Shown: positions 23,590-31,904, numbered from the stretch's first letter. The stretch is DNA of 32,000 nt from an archaeon (GCA_041657425.1 JBBABY010000005.1:30001-62000), one strand, 5' to 3'. Numbers and translations: made by a program. The notes: a model not told the origin generated them from the sequence alone.

Positions 23590-24288
23590 ATGGTAAAATT
23601 AGAAGACGCAGTAATTGCAAGGTATAGTAGAAACACACATCATTTTGAAATATTGGTTGAACCATACTTAGCTTGGGATTATAAACACGGAAAAACCGAA
23701 ATAAGTTTTGATAATCTGTTTGCAATGGAAGAAATCTATTCTGATTCTGCAAAAGGAAAATTAGCTTCTGAGGATGTAATTAAAGAAGTATTTCAAACCA
23801 CAGACTTCCAAACAATTGCAAAGAAAATAATTATTGATGGAGAAGTTCAATTAACAACAAATCAAAGAAATGAAATGTTAAAGAAAAGAGAAAATGAAAT
23901 AATTGATTTCATAGCAAAGAATGCGCACGATCCAAAGGAAATGACTCCAATCCCTCCACAAAGAATAATCAATGCATTAGAATCAGGCAAATTTAAATTT
24001 AATCTTTCAAGAAAGAAAGAAGATGAAATAAATGAAGTAATGTTAATTCTAAAAAGAGCAATGCCAATTTCTTTAGAGAAAATAACTGTGACAATTGAAG
24101 TAACTGCACAGTTCTCAGGAAAGATTACTCCAATACTTCACAAGTACGATATAGTTGAAGAAAAATGGTTACCAAGTGGCGGGTTATTTGCAAAGTTAAC
24201 TTTACCAGTTGGTCTTAAAACAAAATTAATAAACGATTTAAATAACGTAACACACGGTTCAGTAATCGTTAATGTTGAAAAACAATAA
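23590..24288 (+). CDS. sdo1: SBDS-family ribosome maturation protein (Sdo1)
   Basis: The N-terminus VIARYSRNTHHFEILVEPYLAWDYKHGK is a typical FYSH domain. 232 aa, in the conserved position between psmA and rrp4. Confidence 0.85.
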   Translation: MVKLEDAVIARYSRNTHHFEILVEPYLAWDYKHGKTEISFDNLFAMEEIYSDSAKGKLASEDVIKEVFQTTDFQTIAKKIIIDGEVQLTTNQRNEMLKKRENEIIDFIAKNAHDPKEMTPIPPQRIINALESGKFKFNLSRKKEDEINEVMLILKRAMPISLEKITVTIEVTAQFSGKITPILHKYDIVEEKWLPSGGLFAKLTLPVGLKTKLINDLNNVTHGSVIVNVEKQ

Positions 24289-24304
24289 AAGAGAAGTGAA
24301 AATT

Positions 24305-24913
24305 ATGAAAAGAATAGTTGTTCCAGGAGAACTAATAACAGATAAGAAAAAGAAGTTAGGGGAAAATATTTTTATCAAAGATGATAAAATATATAGTTCA
24401 GTTCTTGGTATATTAAACGAAACTGATGATTTCGTTTCTATAGTTCCATTAAATGGTCCATACATTCCTCAAGAAAATGACCCAGTAGTTTGCGTAGTAA
24501 GAAACATAACTGCAAATGGATATATAATTGATGTTAATTCTCATAGCGATTGTTTCTTTCCAAAATCACAAATCACAAGAGAATTAAAGATTGGCCAAAC
24601 TCTTTTTGCAAGAGTGAAAGGAGTAGATGGTGTAGAGATTTCAGAATTAGATAATATAAATATTCTTCCAGAAGGGCAAGTTATTTCAATATCTTCAGTA
24701 AAGGTTCCAAGAATAATAGGAAAGAATGATTCTATGGTAAATTTACTTAAGAAATATACGCAAGCAAATATCTTGGTTGGAAGAAATGGGTGGATTTGGT
24801 ATGTTTCTAAAAATTCATACTTATTAGAAAAAACAATAAAATTAATTTCTAAAAATTCACAAAAATCAAACTTAACAAATACAATAGAAGAATACTTAAA
24901 AAATAATCAATAA
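24305..24913 (+). CDS. rrp4: Exosome complex RNA-binding protein Rrp4 (S1 + KH)
   Basis: VVPGELI N-terminal domain, S1-like ENDPVVCVVRNITANGYIIDV, KH-like IGKNDSMVNLLKKYTQANILVGRNGWIW. Lies upstream of rrp41. ATG at 24305 preferred (downstream of the SBDS stop, with an SD). Confidence 0.85.
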   Translation: MKRIVVPGELITDKKKKLGENIFIKDDKIYSSVLGILNETDDFVSIVPLNGPYIPQENDPVVCVVRNITANGYIIDVNSHSDCFFPKSQITRELKIGQTLFARVKGVDGVEISELDNINILPEGQVISISSVKVPRIIGKNDSMVNLLKKYTQANILVGRNGWIWYVSKNSYLLEKTIKLISKNSQKSNLTNTIEEYLKNNQ

Positions 24914-24926
24914 AGGAGAGAAATAT

Positions 24927-25634
24927 ATGACGACAGCAAAAAGGCAAGATGGAAGAGCCTTAGATGAATTGCGACCAATAAAAATTCAACTTGGTTTAGC
25001 AAAGAACGCAGATGGTTCATGTTATTTAGAATGGGGTAAAAATATAGTTATAGCAACAGTTAATGGCCCTAAGCCAGTTTTACCAAAACATTTAGCAGAT
25101 CCAACAAAAGCATTAATCAATTATAAATACAGAATGGCTTGCTTTTCAGTGACTGAAAGAAAATCACCAGTACCAGGAAAAAGAGATAAAGAAATTTCTT
25201 TAGTTTCAGGCCAGGCTTTAGAAGCAGCAGTAATGGTTGATCAATTTCCAAACACAATGATTGATGTTAATGTTTTAATATTATCAGCAGATGCAGGAAC
25301 AAGAGCAGCAGCATTAACAGCAGCTAGTCTTGCAGCAGCAGATGCGGGTCTTCCAATGAGAGGCATGATAAGTGCAGTAGCTGCAGGCAGAGCAAATAAA
25401 CAATTAGTTCTTGATCTTGATAAAGAGGATGAAGACACAGAAGATGCAGTTGATATGGCTTGTGCATTTTTAATGCCACAACAAGAATTAGCTCTTCTTC
25501 AAATGGATGGTTTTGTAGACAAGAAAGATTGTACAAAGATCTTAGAAGTTGCTTTAAAAGGTGCAGAGAAGATTTATGAAATCCAAAAGAAAGCACTTGT
25601 TGAAAAATATCCAATGGAAGGTGACGTACAATGA
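24927..25634 (+). CDS. rrp41: Exosome complex exonuclease Rrp41 (RNase PH-like, catalytic)
   Basis: RQDGRALDELRPIKIQLG, DGSCYLEWGKN and ADAGTRAAALTAASLAAADAGLPM are RNase PH domain signatures. Confidence 0.92.
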   Translation: MTTAKRQDGRALDELRPIKIQLGLAKNADGSCYLEWGKNIVIATVNGPKPVLPKHLADPTKALINYKYRMACFSVTERKSPVPGKRDKEISLVSGQALEAAVMVDQFPNTMIDVNVLILSADAGTRAAALTAASLAAADAGLPMRGMISAVAAGRANKQLVLDLDKEDEDTEDAVDMACAFLMPQQELALLQMDGFVDKKDCTKILEVALKGAEKIYEIQKKALVEKYPMEGDVQ

Positions 25635-26440
25635 GTGATATAGATATTTTAAAAGTAATCAAGTCTGATAAAGCAAAAAAATTATTAGTTGAAGATAAAA
25701 GATTTGATAATAGAGAAATGTTAGAATACAGACAAATCGAAATCAAAAGAGGAGTAATGAAATCCGCTGATGGTTCAGCATGGGTAAAACTAGGAGATAC
25801 AGAAATAATTGCAGGAGTTAAGTTTGCAGTTGGTACTCCTTATGTTGATTCTCCTGATGAAGGATCAATGGTTCTTAATCTTGAGATGTCAGGAATTGCT
25901 TCAGCAGACATAGACACAGGTCCACCAAGCATTGATGCAATGGAATATGGAAGAGTAGTGGACAGAGTTATAAGATCTTCAGAATGTGTAAATTTCAAAG
26001 ATTTAAGTATTGTAAGTGGAGAAAAATCATTTATTGTTTATGTTGATTGTTATGCAATTAATGCAGATGGTAACTTGATAGATGCAGCACAGTATGCAGC
26101 AATGGCAGCATTACTTGATTGTAAAATCCCTAAGTTAAATGAGAAGAACGCAATAATCCTTAAGGAATACACAGACAAAGGATTAACTATAGATAAAAAC
26201 AAAATTGCAATCTCTTTTACTTTCTCAAAATCTAAAAACAAATTAATTGCAGACGCAACAGAAGTTGAAGATTTAGCAAGTGATTGTAGATTCTCTCTTG
26301 GAGTTTGTGGAAACAACGTTGTTTCTTATCATAAAGGAGGAGGCAATGGAACTTTTAAGACTGAGGAAATAAATACAATGATGGATATAGCATCTAAGAA
26401 ATATTTAGAAATAAAAACAAAAATATGTGATGAACAATGA
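25631..26440 (+). CDS. rrp42: Exosome complex component Rrp42 (RNase PH-like, non-catalytic)
   Basis: RFDNREMLEYRQIEIKRGVMKSADGSAWVKLGDTEIIAGVK and DGNLIDAAQYAAMAAL. ATGA overlap with rrp41. Confidence 0.9.
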   Translation: MSDIDILKVIKSDKAKKLLVEDKRFDNREMLEYRQIEIKRGVMKSADGSAWVKLGDTEIIAGVKFAVGTPYVDSPDEGSMVLNLEMSGIASADIDTGPPSIDAMEYGRVVDRVIRSSECVNFKDLSIVSGEKSFIVYVDCYAINADGNLIDAAQYAAMAALLDCKIPKLNEKNAIILKEYTDKGLTIDKNKIAISFTFSKSKNKLIADATEVEDLASDCRFSLGVCGNNVVSYHKGGGNGTFKTEEINTMMDIASKKYLEIKTKICDEQ

Positions 26441-26661
26441 GTACAAAAAAAGTAGGCGTAACCGGTAAACATGGAGTAAGAGGCGGAGTCGGTATTAGAA
26501 AGAAATATCTTTTAGCAGTAACCGACAAAAACAAAAAAGTTTGTCCAAAATGCGGGACAGCAGATAAAATAAAAAGAATAGCTACAGGAATTTTCCAATG
26601 TCAAAAATGTATGACTAAGATTTCTGGCGCAGCTTATAAATTTAAGAGCACAGGAAAATAA
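26437..26661 (+). CDS. rpl37ae: 50S ribosomal protein L37Ae (eL43)
   Basis: TKKVGVTGKHGVRGGVGIRKK plus the zinc ribbon CPKCG...CQKC and SGAAYKF. Confidence 0.9.
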   Translation: MSTKKVGVTGKHGVRGGVGIRKKYLLAVTDKNKKVCPKCGTADKIKRIATGIFQCQKCMTKISGAAYKFKSTGK

Positions 26662-26673
26662 AGGTGAATATAA

Positions 26674-26802
26674 ATGTACTACTGTGGAAAATGTAATGAA
26701 GTGTATAACGATTTACCAGAAAGTAAAAAATGTAAAAACTGTTCAGGAAGAGTATTTTACAAGAAGAGAATGCCAATAGTAAAGAAGGTTAAAGCTGACT
26801 AG
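26674..26802 (+). CDS. rpoP: DNA-directed RNA polymerase subunit P (Rpo12/RpoP), 42 aa
   Basis: Not in the ORF track (<60 aa). Hand translation gives MYYCGKCNEVYNDLPESKKCKNCSGRVFYKKRMPIVKKVKAD, a CxxC...CxxC zinc ribbon. AAGGTGA SD upstream. Canonical position after L37Ae. Confidence 0.75.
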   Translation: MYYCGKCNEVYNDLPESKKCKNCSGRVFYKKRMPIVKKVKAD

Positions 26803-26803
26803 G

Positions 26804-27253
26804 ATGATAATAACAACGTCAAGAAATACAACTGCTTTAGCAAAAAAGTTTTGTAAGTATTTGGCAATATTTCTTTATGGAGTTAAGCACATCCCAAGAG
26901 GGCAGACTAATCTTTCTAAGATTTTTGAGAAATCCAGTTATCTTGGTTATAACCATTTGCTATTGGTTTCAAAAGTTAAAGAAGGACTTTCATTAACAGT
27001 TTATCTGCGAACAGATAAGGAATATCTTCCAGTTTCTGAGCACATAATTACAAACATTAACTTTCAAACAACTGTTCCTTTATCTCAAATAAAGAAAATC
27101 AAACAACAGGAAGTAAATACAGATGTGTTTTTCTTAGATAAAGAATATTTAAAAGAAACAAAAGATTCAGAAATAACATTAAAACAAAAAGACAATCACT
27201 TTTCTTTTTTTCTTGAAAAAAAAGAACTTGGTTTTTCTTTTGATTTAAAGTGA
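26804..27253 (+). CDS. Brix/Imp4-domain ribosome biogenesis protein
   Basis: The N-terminus MIITTSRNTTALAKKFCKYL matches the archaeal Brix signature (iTTSRkPs...r.f.k.L). Superoperon position. Confidence 0.65.
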   Translation: MIITTSRNTTALAKKFCKYLAIFLYGVKHIPRGQTNLSKIFEKSSYLGYNHLLLVSKVKEGLSLTVYLRTDKEYLPVSEHIITNINFQTTVPLSQIKKIKQQEVNTDVFFLDKEYLKETKDSEITLKQKDNHFSFFLEKKELGFSFDLK

Positions 27254-27260
27254 GATAAAA

Positions 27261-27506
27261 ATGATAGGAACAATAATTTCAAGTAATCTAGTAATCAAGA
27301 CAAAAGACGCAAAGAAATTAAAGCAATTACTAGAGTTAGAGATAAACAGAAAATCCTATGATCGTTCAGAATCAAAGATGACAATCAAGGGAAAAGACTT
27401 AATTATTGATATCTATTGTAAAGACGTAACAGCTTACAAAGCAACAATTAATCATTATATTAATCTATTAGAATTGATTAAAAAAACTTATGAGGTGGAA
27501 TTATGA
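27261..27506 (+). CDS. pcc1: KEOPS complex subunit Pcc1-like
   Basis: 81 aa. LIIDIYCKDVTAYKATINHYINLLELIKKT resembles the Pcc1 pattern (L.v.i.A.D...LRa.lNs.lr.l). Conserved position before pfdB. Confidence 0.55.
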   Translation: MIGTIISSNLVIKTKDAKKLKQLLELEINRKSYDRSESKMTIKGKDLIIDIYCKDVTAYKATINHYINLLELIKKTYEVEL

Positions 27507-27841
27507 GTGAAAATGTAAATATGTATAGACAACAATTAATGTTTTTAACACAACAAAAACAACAAATTCAATTTCAGTTAAATGTTTTAGACAACACAAT
27601 CAAAGAACTAGAGAAAACAAAAGAAAAGAAAGTCTACAAAGGCATTGGTAATGTTTTTATTTATGCAGATAAAGACGAAGTTATCAAGGAAACAAAAGAC
27701 TTAAAGGACACGCTTGACTTAAGACAAAAGACCGTTCAAAAGCAAGAAGACGCAATCCTAAAGAAGATTAACAGCGCAACAAGACCAGAAGACAAGGGCA
27801 AGTCCGATCAAGACATGGACGACATAGAAGGAATAGAATAA
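27503..27841 (+). CDS. pfdB: Prefoldin beta subunit
   Basis: Coiled-coil, beta-hairpin, coiled-coil layout: QQLMFLTQQKQQIQFQLNVLDNTIKELEKT...KVYKGIGNVFIYADKDEVIKE...LRQKTVQKQEDAILKKI. ATGA overlap with pcc1. Confidence 0.8.
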   Translation: MSENVNMYRQQLMFLTQQKQQIQFQLNVLDNTIKELEKTKEKKVYKGIGNVFIYADKDEVIKETKDLKDTLDLRQKTVQKQEDAILKKINSATRPEDKGKSDQDMDDIEGIE

Positions 27842-27862
27842 AGTTCTATTCTCTTTTCTTTT
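27831..27862 (+). terminator. Hairpin (GAATAGAA-TAAAG-TTCTATTC) plus T-rich tract at the end of the superoperon
   Basis: Read directly. The stem spans the pfdB stop codon and is followed by TCTTTTCTTTTC. Archaeal termination mainly needs oligo-T, so the hairpin role is uncertain. Confidence 0.4.
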
Positions 27863-27962
27863 CTATAAAGGCCTTTTCCTAAGTAAATAGATAGACATAT
27901 ACGCTTTTATTCTAATTAATTATATTATACCATTAAACAACTAATTTTTGGAGGAACAATAA

Positions 27963-28922
27963 ATGAAAAATAATAATTACAAATTAATTACTTTTGCAAT
28001 AGCGGCATTAGTAATTGGAGCAATACTTAGTACATTACTGATTAGTACAGTAAGTGCAGAAAAGACAGACCTTACAAATATAGATGCTCTTGAAATCACA
28101 GATCCAGAATCAAGAACAAATTTAATATTAAATTTATTAAAAGTAAATAGAATACAAAATAGAAATAATAATCCATTATTTATTGATTCTAGTAATCAAT
28201 TATCTATCAATGGAGATACTTATGTAAGTATTTCATCTCCAAACACTGCAAAATTAGGATCAGGAAATGCAGTAGTTAAAGCATTTGCTAATGGTCAAGA
28301 ACAACAAGCCGGTTCAAAAGTAGAAATTAATGCAAATAATTTCTTTGTAGGACATGGTGGACAATCAGTATTTAAAATAATAGGCGGAGCTAACGAATAC
28401 GGTGCACAATATTCTCAAGTAATAATAGAAACAGGAGTTCAAATGAACCATTATTTACAAGTTAATAATGGGCTTTATGCAGATGGCGCAAACATAGGCG
28501 AACATCATAATCAACCAGCATTACAAATTGTAAGAAATGGTCAATCCGGCAATTACACTTCAGAAATTACAATTAATGCTCCTACCAGATTTCCTAATCT
28601 TTCAGAAGGCGCCACCAATACTGGCGCAATATATCATTTAGGAGATACTTTTCTTATAGAAAATTATACTGTAGAAGTTATGAATATTTGGGACGCAAAT
28701 AACGCAGTTGAAATGCAATTAAGAAATGACGTTAATGGCATAATTGCAGAAGAAGTCTATAGTGAAGGAGATGCAATCTTTGAAGATTATCTTACCACAA
28801 CTCTTATAGTAGATGGGATAGACTCAGATAGTGTAAGTATAGTTATACCATCAGGAAATACATACTATGCCTGTTTAACAGAAGACGGAACACTATTTAG
28901 AAGCAATGATCCTTGTAACTAA
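27963..28922 (+). CDS. Secreted or N-terminally anchored protein, paralogue family member 1 (conserved N- and C-modules, variable Gly/Asn/Gln-rich centre)
   Basis: GGAGG SD upstream. Hydrophobic N-terminus LITFAIAALVIGAILSTLLISTVSA, motif ESRTNLILNLLKVNRIQNR, and a C-terminal module ending YYACLTEDGTLFRSNDPCN. Clear paralogue of 30625..31461. Confidence 0.7.
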   Translation: MKNNNYKLITFAIAALVIGAILSTLLISTVSAEKTDLTNIDALEITDPESRTNLILNLLKVNRIQNRNNNPLFIDSSNQLSINGDTYVSISSPNTAKLGSGNAVVKAFANGQEQQAGSKVEINANNFFVGHGGQSVFKIIGGANEYGAQYSQVIIETGVQMNHYLQVNNGLYADGANIGEHHNQPALQIVRNGQSGNYTSEITINAPTRFPNLSEGATNTGAIYHLGDTFLIENYTVEVMNIWDANNAVEMQLRNDVNGIIAEEVYSEGDAIFEDYLTTTLIVDGIDSDSVSIVIPSGNTYYACLTEDGTLFRSNDPCN

Positions 28923-28933
28923 GCAAATTAACC

Positions 28934-28975
28934 AATAAGATTATTCTAGAAAAATAATCTTATTTTTTCTTTTTA
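28934..28975 (+). terminator. 12-bp perfect hairpin (AATAAGATTATT / AATAATCTTATT, 7-nt loop) followed by T tracts
   Basis: Read directly, 12 nt after the stop of 27963..28922. Confidence 0.5.
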
Positions 28976-28992
28976 TTCTATTTTTAAAAATC

Positions 28993-29056
28993 AGACAATT
29001 TGCAGAAAAAACTTGGCAGAAAGTTAGACAATTTGATTAAAAAAGTAAGCAATTTA
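28993..29056 (+). repeat. Three imperfect direct repeats (AGACAATTTG at 28993 and 29026; AAGCAATTTA at 29047) upstream of the ATPase gene
   Basis: Read directly. The first two copies each sit 3 nt upstream of an A6 run, and GCAGAAA is also duplicated between them. Confidence 0.5.
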
Positions 29057-29111
29057 TCTAAAATTAGAGATATATTTAAAAACCTTTCGTTATATTATAT
29101 ATTTGATAAAT

Positions 29112-30371
29112 ATGTTTGAAATATACAAAATTCAAAATCAACATTGGGAAAACAAATTATACGATTTACCAATAAAAAGAAAAATTTTAGAAACTTTAAA
29201 AAAAGAACTATTAAATCACAAATTAATTATTTCTATAGAGGGGCCAAGAAGAGTAGGGAAATCTGTTTTAATGAAACAATTGATTAATTATCTTATAGAA
29301 AATAAAGTGCCTTCAAAAAACCTATTTTATTTTTCTTTTGATAAACTTGATAAAAAGATATTAGATACATTAAAGGACTATGAGGAATTGTCCGGAATAT
29401 CATTAAGAGAAGAAAAAACTTATTTATTTTTTGACGAAATTCAAAAGATTAAAGATTGGCAATCAGATATTAAGATAATTTATGATAATTATCCAAATTT
29501 AAAAATAATAGTAAGTGGATCTACATTAAGAGTTAGTAAAAAAGAAAGCCTTGCAGGAAGGATTGTTGATTTTTTTATTAATCCTTTATCTTTCGAAGAA
29601 TATCTTATATTTTCAGGTAAAGAAAAATTATTAGATTCAGAAATAGATTATATTTTTGAAAAAGAGTATAATAATTATTTATTTAGGCAATATCCAGATA
29701 TTGTTTTAAATAAAGAAATAGATTCCACGCAATATATTTCATTAATTCTACAAAAAGTGATTTTTGAAGATTCGGAAAAGTATATTAGAAATGTGGATAA
29801 AGATATTTTATACAAAATTTGTATGATTATACTTAGAGATCCTGGGCAGATTATTAATTATTCTGACTTATCGAAAGATTTAGGTGTGAAAAGAGAAGTT
29901 GTTTCAAAATATATTGATTTTTTAGTTAATTCTGGAGTTGTAAAAAAAGTTTATAATTTTTCAAATAATTCTCGAAAATTAGAGATTAAATCTAAAAAGT
30001 TTTATCCGTATTGTACATCACTAACAAGAGCAGTAACTGATAATCCAGATATGGGTAAGATTATAGAGACTGATGTTTGTTTTCAATTAGATGCAAAATA
30101 CTTTTTAAATAACAAAGGTAAAGAAGAAATAGATTTTCTACTTATAGACCCGATAACTTCTAAAAAGATAGGGGTAGAAGTAAAATATAGAAATTTAATA
30201 ACAAATAAAGACGTAAGTGCATTTAGATCAGCGATAGTTAAAAAGTTAAATTTGGATAAAAGAATAATAATTGTAAAAGCAGAATCAAAATTAGATTTTA
30301 ATACAAAAGAAATAGTTCCTGTCATGTATTTTACAATCTTTAAACACCAATCAGAATTCAAATTTAAATAA
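29112..30371 (+). CDS. AAA+ superfamily ATPase of the COG1373 type (AAA_14 N-domain plus DUF4143-like, PD-(D/E)xK-like C-terminus)
   Basis: Walker A EGPRRVGKSV, Walker B YLFFDEIQ, and C-terminal EEIDFLLIDP...IGVEVKY. ATG at 29112 preferred over TTG at 29103. Confidence 0.8.
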   Translation: MFEIYKIQNQHWENKLYDLPIKRKILETLKKELLNHKLIISIEGPRRVGKSVLMKQLINYLIENKVPSKNLFYFSFDKLDKKILDTLKDYEELSGISLREEKTYLFFDEIQKIKDWQSDIKIIYDNYPNLKIIVSGSTLRVSKKESLAGRIVDFFINPLSFEEYLIFSGKEKLLDSEIDYIFEKEYNNYLFRQYPDIVLNKEIDSTQYISLILQKVIFEDSEKYIRNVDKDILYKICMIILRDPGQIINYSDLSKDLGVKREVVSKYIDFLVNSGVVKKVYNFSNNSRKLEIKSKKFYPYCTSLTRAVTDNPDMGKIIETDVCFQLDAKYFLNNKGKEEIDFLLIDPITSKKIGVEVKYRNLITNKDVSAFRSAIVKKLNLDKRIIIVKAESKLDFNTKEIVPVMYFTIFKHQSEFKFK

Positions 30372-30555
30372 ATAATTCTGGGAAAATATGAACTCGCAAA
30401 AAAAGAAAAAAACAAAGAAGTTCTTTGCAGAATTAAATAAAAGAAGCATAGAAGCAAAAGATAAATCTAATTTTATTTCTTTAAGGTATTTATAAACACA
30501 GTAAAGGCACTCTAATTCTTCCAAACACTTGGAAAAAACCATATATTTATAAATT

Positions 30556-30569
30556 CCCCCCCCCCCCCC
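30556..30569. repeat. C14 homopolymeric tract immediately upstream of an AT-rich TATA-like element of the second surface-protein paralogue
   Basis: Counted directly: 14 consecutive C at 30556-30569, followed by ATAGATAATATAGTATTAAAAAA. The ATG at 30625 lies 56 nt downstream. Confidence 0.95.
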
Positions 30570-30624
30570 ATAGATAATATAGTATTAAAAAATTAATTAA
30601 AACAAAATTACGGAGGAAATTAAA

Positions 30625-31461
30625 ATGGCAAAAGAAAATAATAAAAAGCTAATCATTTGGGCGTTAGTCGCTTTAGTGGTTGGTGTAGTAATAGGTCTAC
30701 TATTAACAAGTATAGTAACAACAGGAAATGCAGCAACCGCATTAGGTGAAAAATCAGCAACACTTGATACGAAAACCACAGAAGATAATGTAGTTGAATC
30801 AAGAACAAACTTAGTATTAAACTTATTAAAAGTAAATAGAATTGAAAATAGAGACGAAGATTTATTAATTCATGCAAATAGTGGAACTGAACGTCTTATG
30901 TTATGGGGAGACACAATGACAAATATTTGGGCTCCAAGCATAGATATTTCTGGATCTACAGCGGTCGCAATTTCTACACCTGTAAATTTTATAGGATTAG
31001 GAACAGATGGTATAAATATTTTTGCTCATAATTTTATGATTGCTAATTCAGAACAAACTCAAACAAATCCAATAATTTCACTTGATTTAGAAAATTCTGA
31101 ATTAGTCATAAATGCATCCACTACAAAATTTATAAATGTCGTATCTGTAAGTCCAATCATTTCAGAATATAGTGTAGGAGACACATTTACTATAGAAAAT
31201 AATACTATAGAAGTTGCTGCCATTTGGGATGCAAATGGAGTAGTTGAAATGCATTTGTTCGATGCAAATATGATAAATCCAATTGTTGAATTTTACGGAG
31301 AAGGAGATATAATCTTTAATCAATATTTAACTGCAAGTTTAAAAGTAGAAAATATTTCTCAAAATGTAGTAGGCATTGTGGTTTTACCAACAGGCAACTC
31401 ATATTATGCATGTATAGGATCTGATGGAACTTTGTTTAAAAGTAATTATCCATGTAACTAA
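30625..31461 (+). CDS. Secreted or N-terminally anchored protein, paralogue family member 2
   Basis: GGAGG SD upstream. Hydrophobic N-terminus LIIWALVALVVGVVIGLLLTSIV, motif ESRTNLVLNLLKVNRIENR, and a C-terminal module GDTFTIENNTIEVAAIWDANGVVEMHL...YYACIGSDGTLFKSNYPCN. Confidence 0.7.
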   Translation: MAKENNKKLIIWALVALVVGVVIGLLLTSIVTTGNAATALGEKSATLDTKTTEDNVVESRTNLVLNLLKVNRIENRDEDLLIHANSGTERLMLWGDTMTNIWAPSIDISGSTAVAISTPVNFIGLGTDGINIFAHNFMIANSEQTQTNPIISLDLENSELVINASTTKFINVVSVSPIISEYSVGDTFTIENNTIEVAAIWDANGVVEMHLFDANMINPIVEFYGEGDIIFNQYLTASLKVENISQNVVGIVVLPTGNSYYACIGSDGTLFKSNYPCN

Positions 31462-31472
31462 ATAGAAATAAA

Positions 31473-31509
31473 AAATAAAATCATTTATTTAAGATAGATG
31501 ATTTTATTT
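31473..31509. terminator. 12-bp perfect inverted repeat (AAATAAAATCAT ... ATGATTTTATTT, 13-nt loop) between convergent genes
   Basis: Read directly. The right arm lies inside the last codons of the minus-strand ORF 31485..31904. Possible bidirectional terminator. Confidence 0.4.
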
Positions 31510-31904
31510 CCATCTTTTATTTTTCTCCTTTTTGAATACTTGATTAAATAGTGTATCTTGCTTTTTGGAATGCCTAGTTTCTTTTCAAGGTCTCTGTAAC
31601 TGTAGTCTTTGTATGTTTGTAAGATTTTTTGTAGTTTTTCTATCTTAATGTCAATTGGTCTTCCTTGTTCTTTTCTTATTGCAATTGTAATTTCTTTCTT
31701 TTTTATAAATTCCTTAATTGCTTTACTCAGTCTTTCATTAGTTGAATTAGAGATAGTTATCATCTTTAGTCTTTTACATCGGCTGAGTATTTTGTTAAGA
31801 ACTGCTTTAGAGAAAGCCCTAGTGATATGTAGCTCTTCGCAGTTAGTATTAACTTGTCCTGCTTTTGTAAAGTCTGAAAGTGTATCTTTTACAGTGTAGT
31901 TCAT
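31485..31904 (-). CDS. Hypothetical protein with C-terminal helix-turn-helix (resolvase/HTH_7-like)
   Basis: EQGRPIDIKIEKLQKILQTYKDYSYRDLEKKLGIPKSKIHYLIKY resembles the GRP...HTH tail of small recombinase or regulator families. No serine-recombinase catalytic N-domain recognised. Confidence 0.5.
   Translation of the reverse strand: MNYTVKDTLSDFTKAGQVNTNCEELHITRAFSKAVLNKILSRCKRLKMITISNSTNERLSKAIKEFIKKKEITIAIRKEQGRPIDIKIEKLQKILQTYKDYSYRDLEKKLGIPKSKIHYLIKYSKRRKIKDGNKIIYLK

Noticed and set aside
22003-25746. Antisense or alternative-frame track ORFs 22003..22305(-), 23272..23547(-), 23399..23752(-), 24259..24465(-), 25241..25438(-), 25324..25746(-). Similar ones occur elsewhere: 5944..6204, 6871..7059, 7226..7543, 8444..8725, 9728..9952, 10910..11092, 12215..12448, 14934..15128, 16006..16614, 17542..17730, 18631..18864, 19129..19377, 20761..21075, 26050..26316, 30083..30542, 30597..30877, 31609..31899.
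   Set aside because: All are embedded opposite or out of frame to confidently identified genes. They have Leu/Phe/Ile-rich translations typical of AT-rich antisense frames and lack SD motifs.
30388-30495. A 35-codon Lys-rich ORF (MNSQKKKKTKKFFAELNKRSIEAKDKSNFISLRYL) between the ATPase and the C14 tract.
   Set aside because: It has no SD, a low-complexity A-rich sequence, and no motif. It cannot be distinguished from chance.
31485-31904. The HTH protein might be a serine recombinase/invertase marking a mobile element next to the surface-protein genes.
   Set aside because: Only the GRP...HTH tail resembles resolvases. No catalytic Ser motif or N-terminal domain is recognisable, and no flanking inverted repeats were seen.
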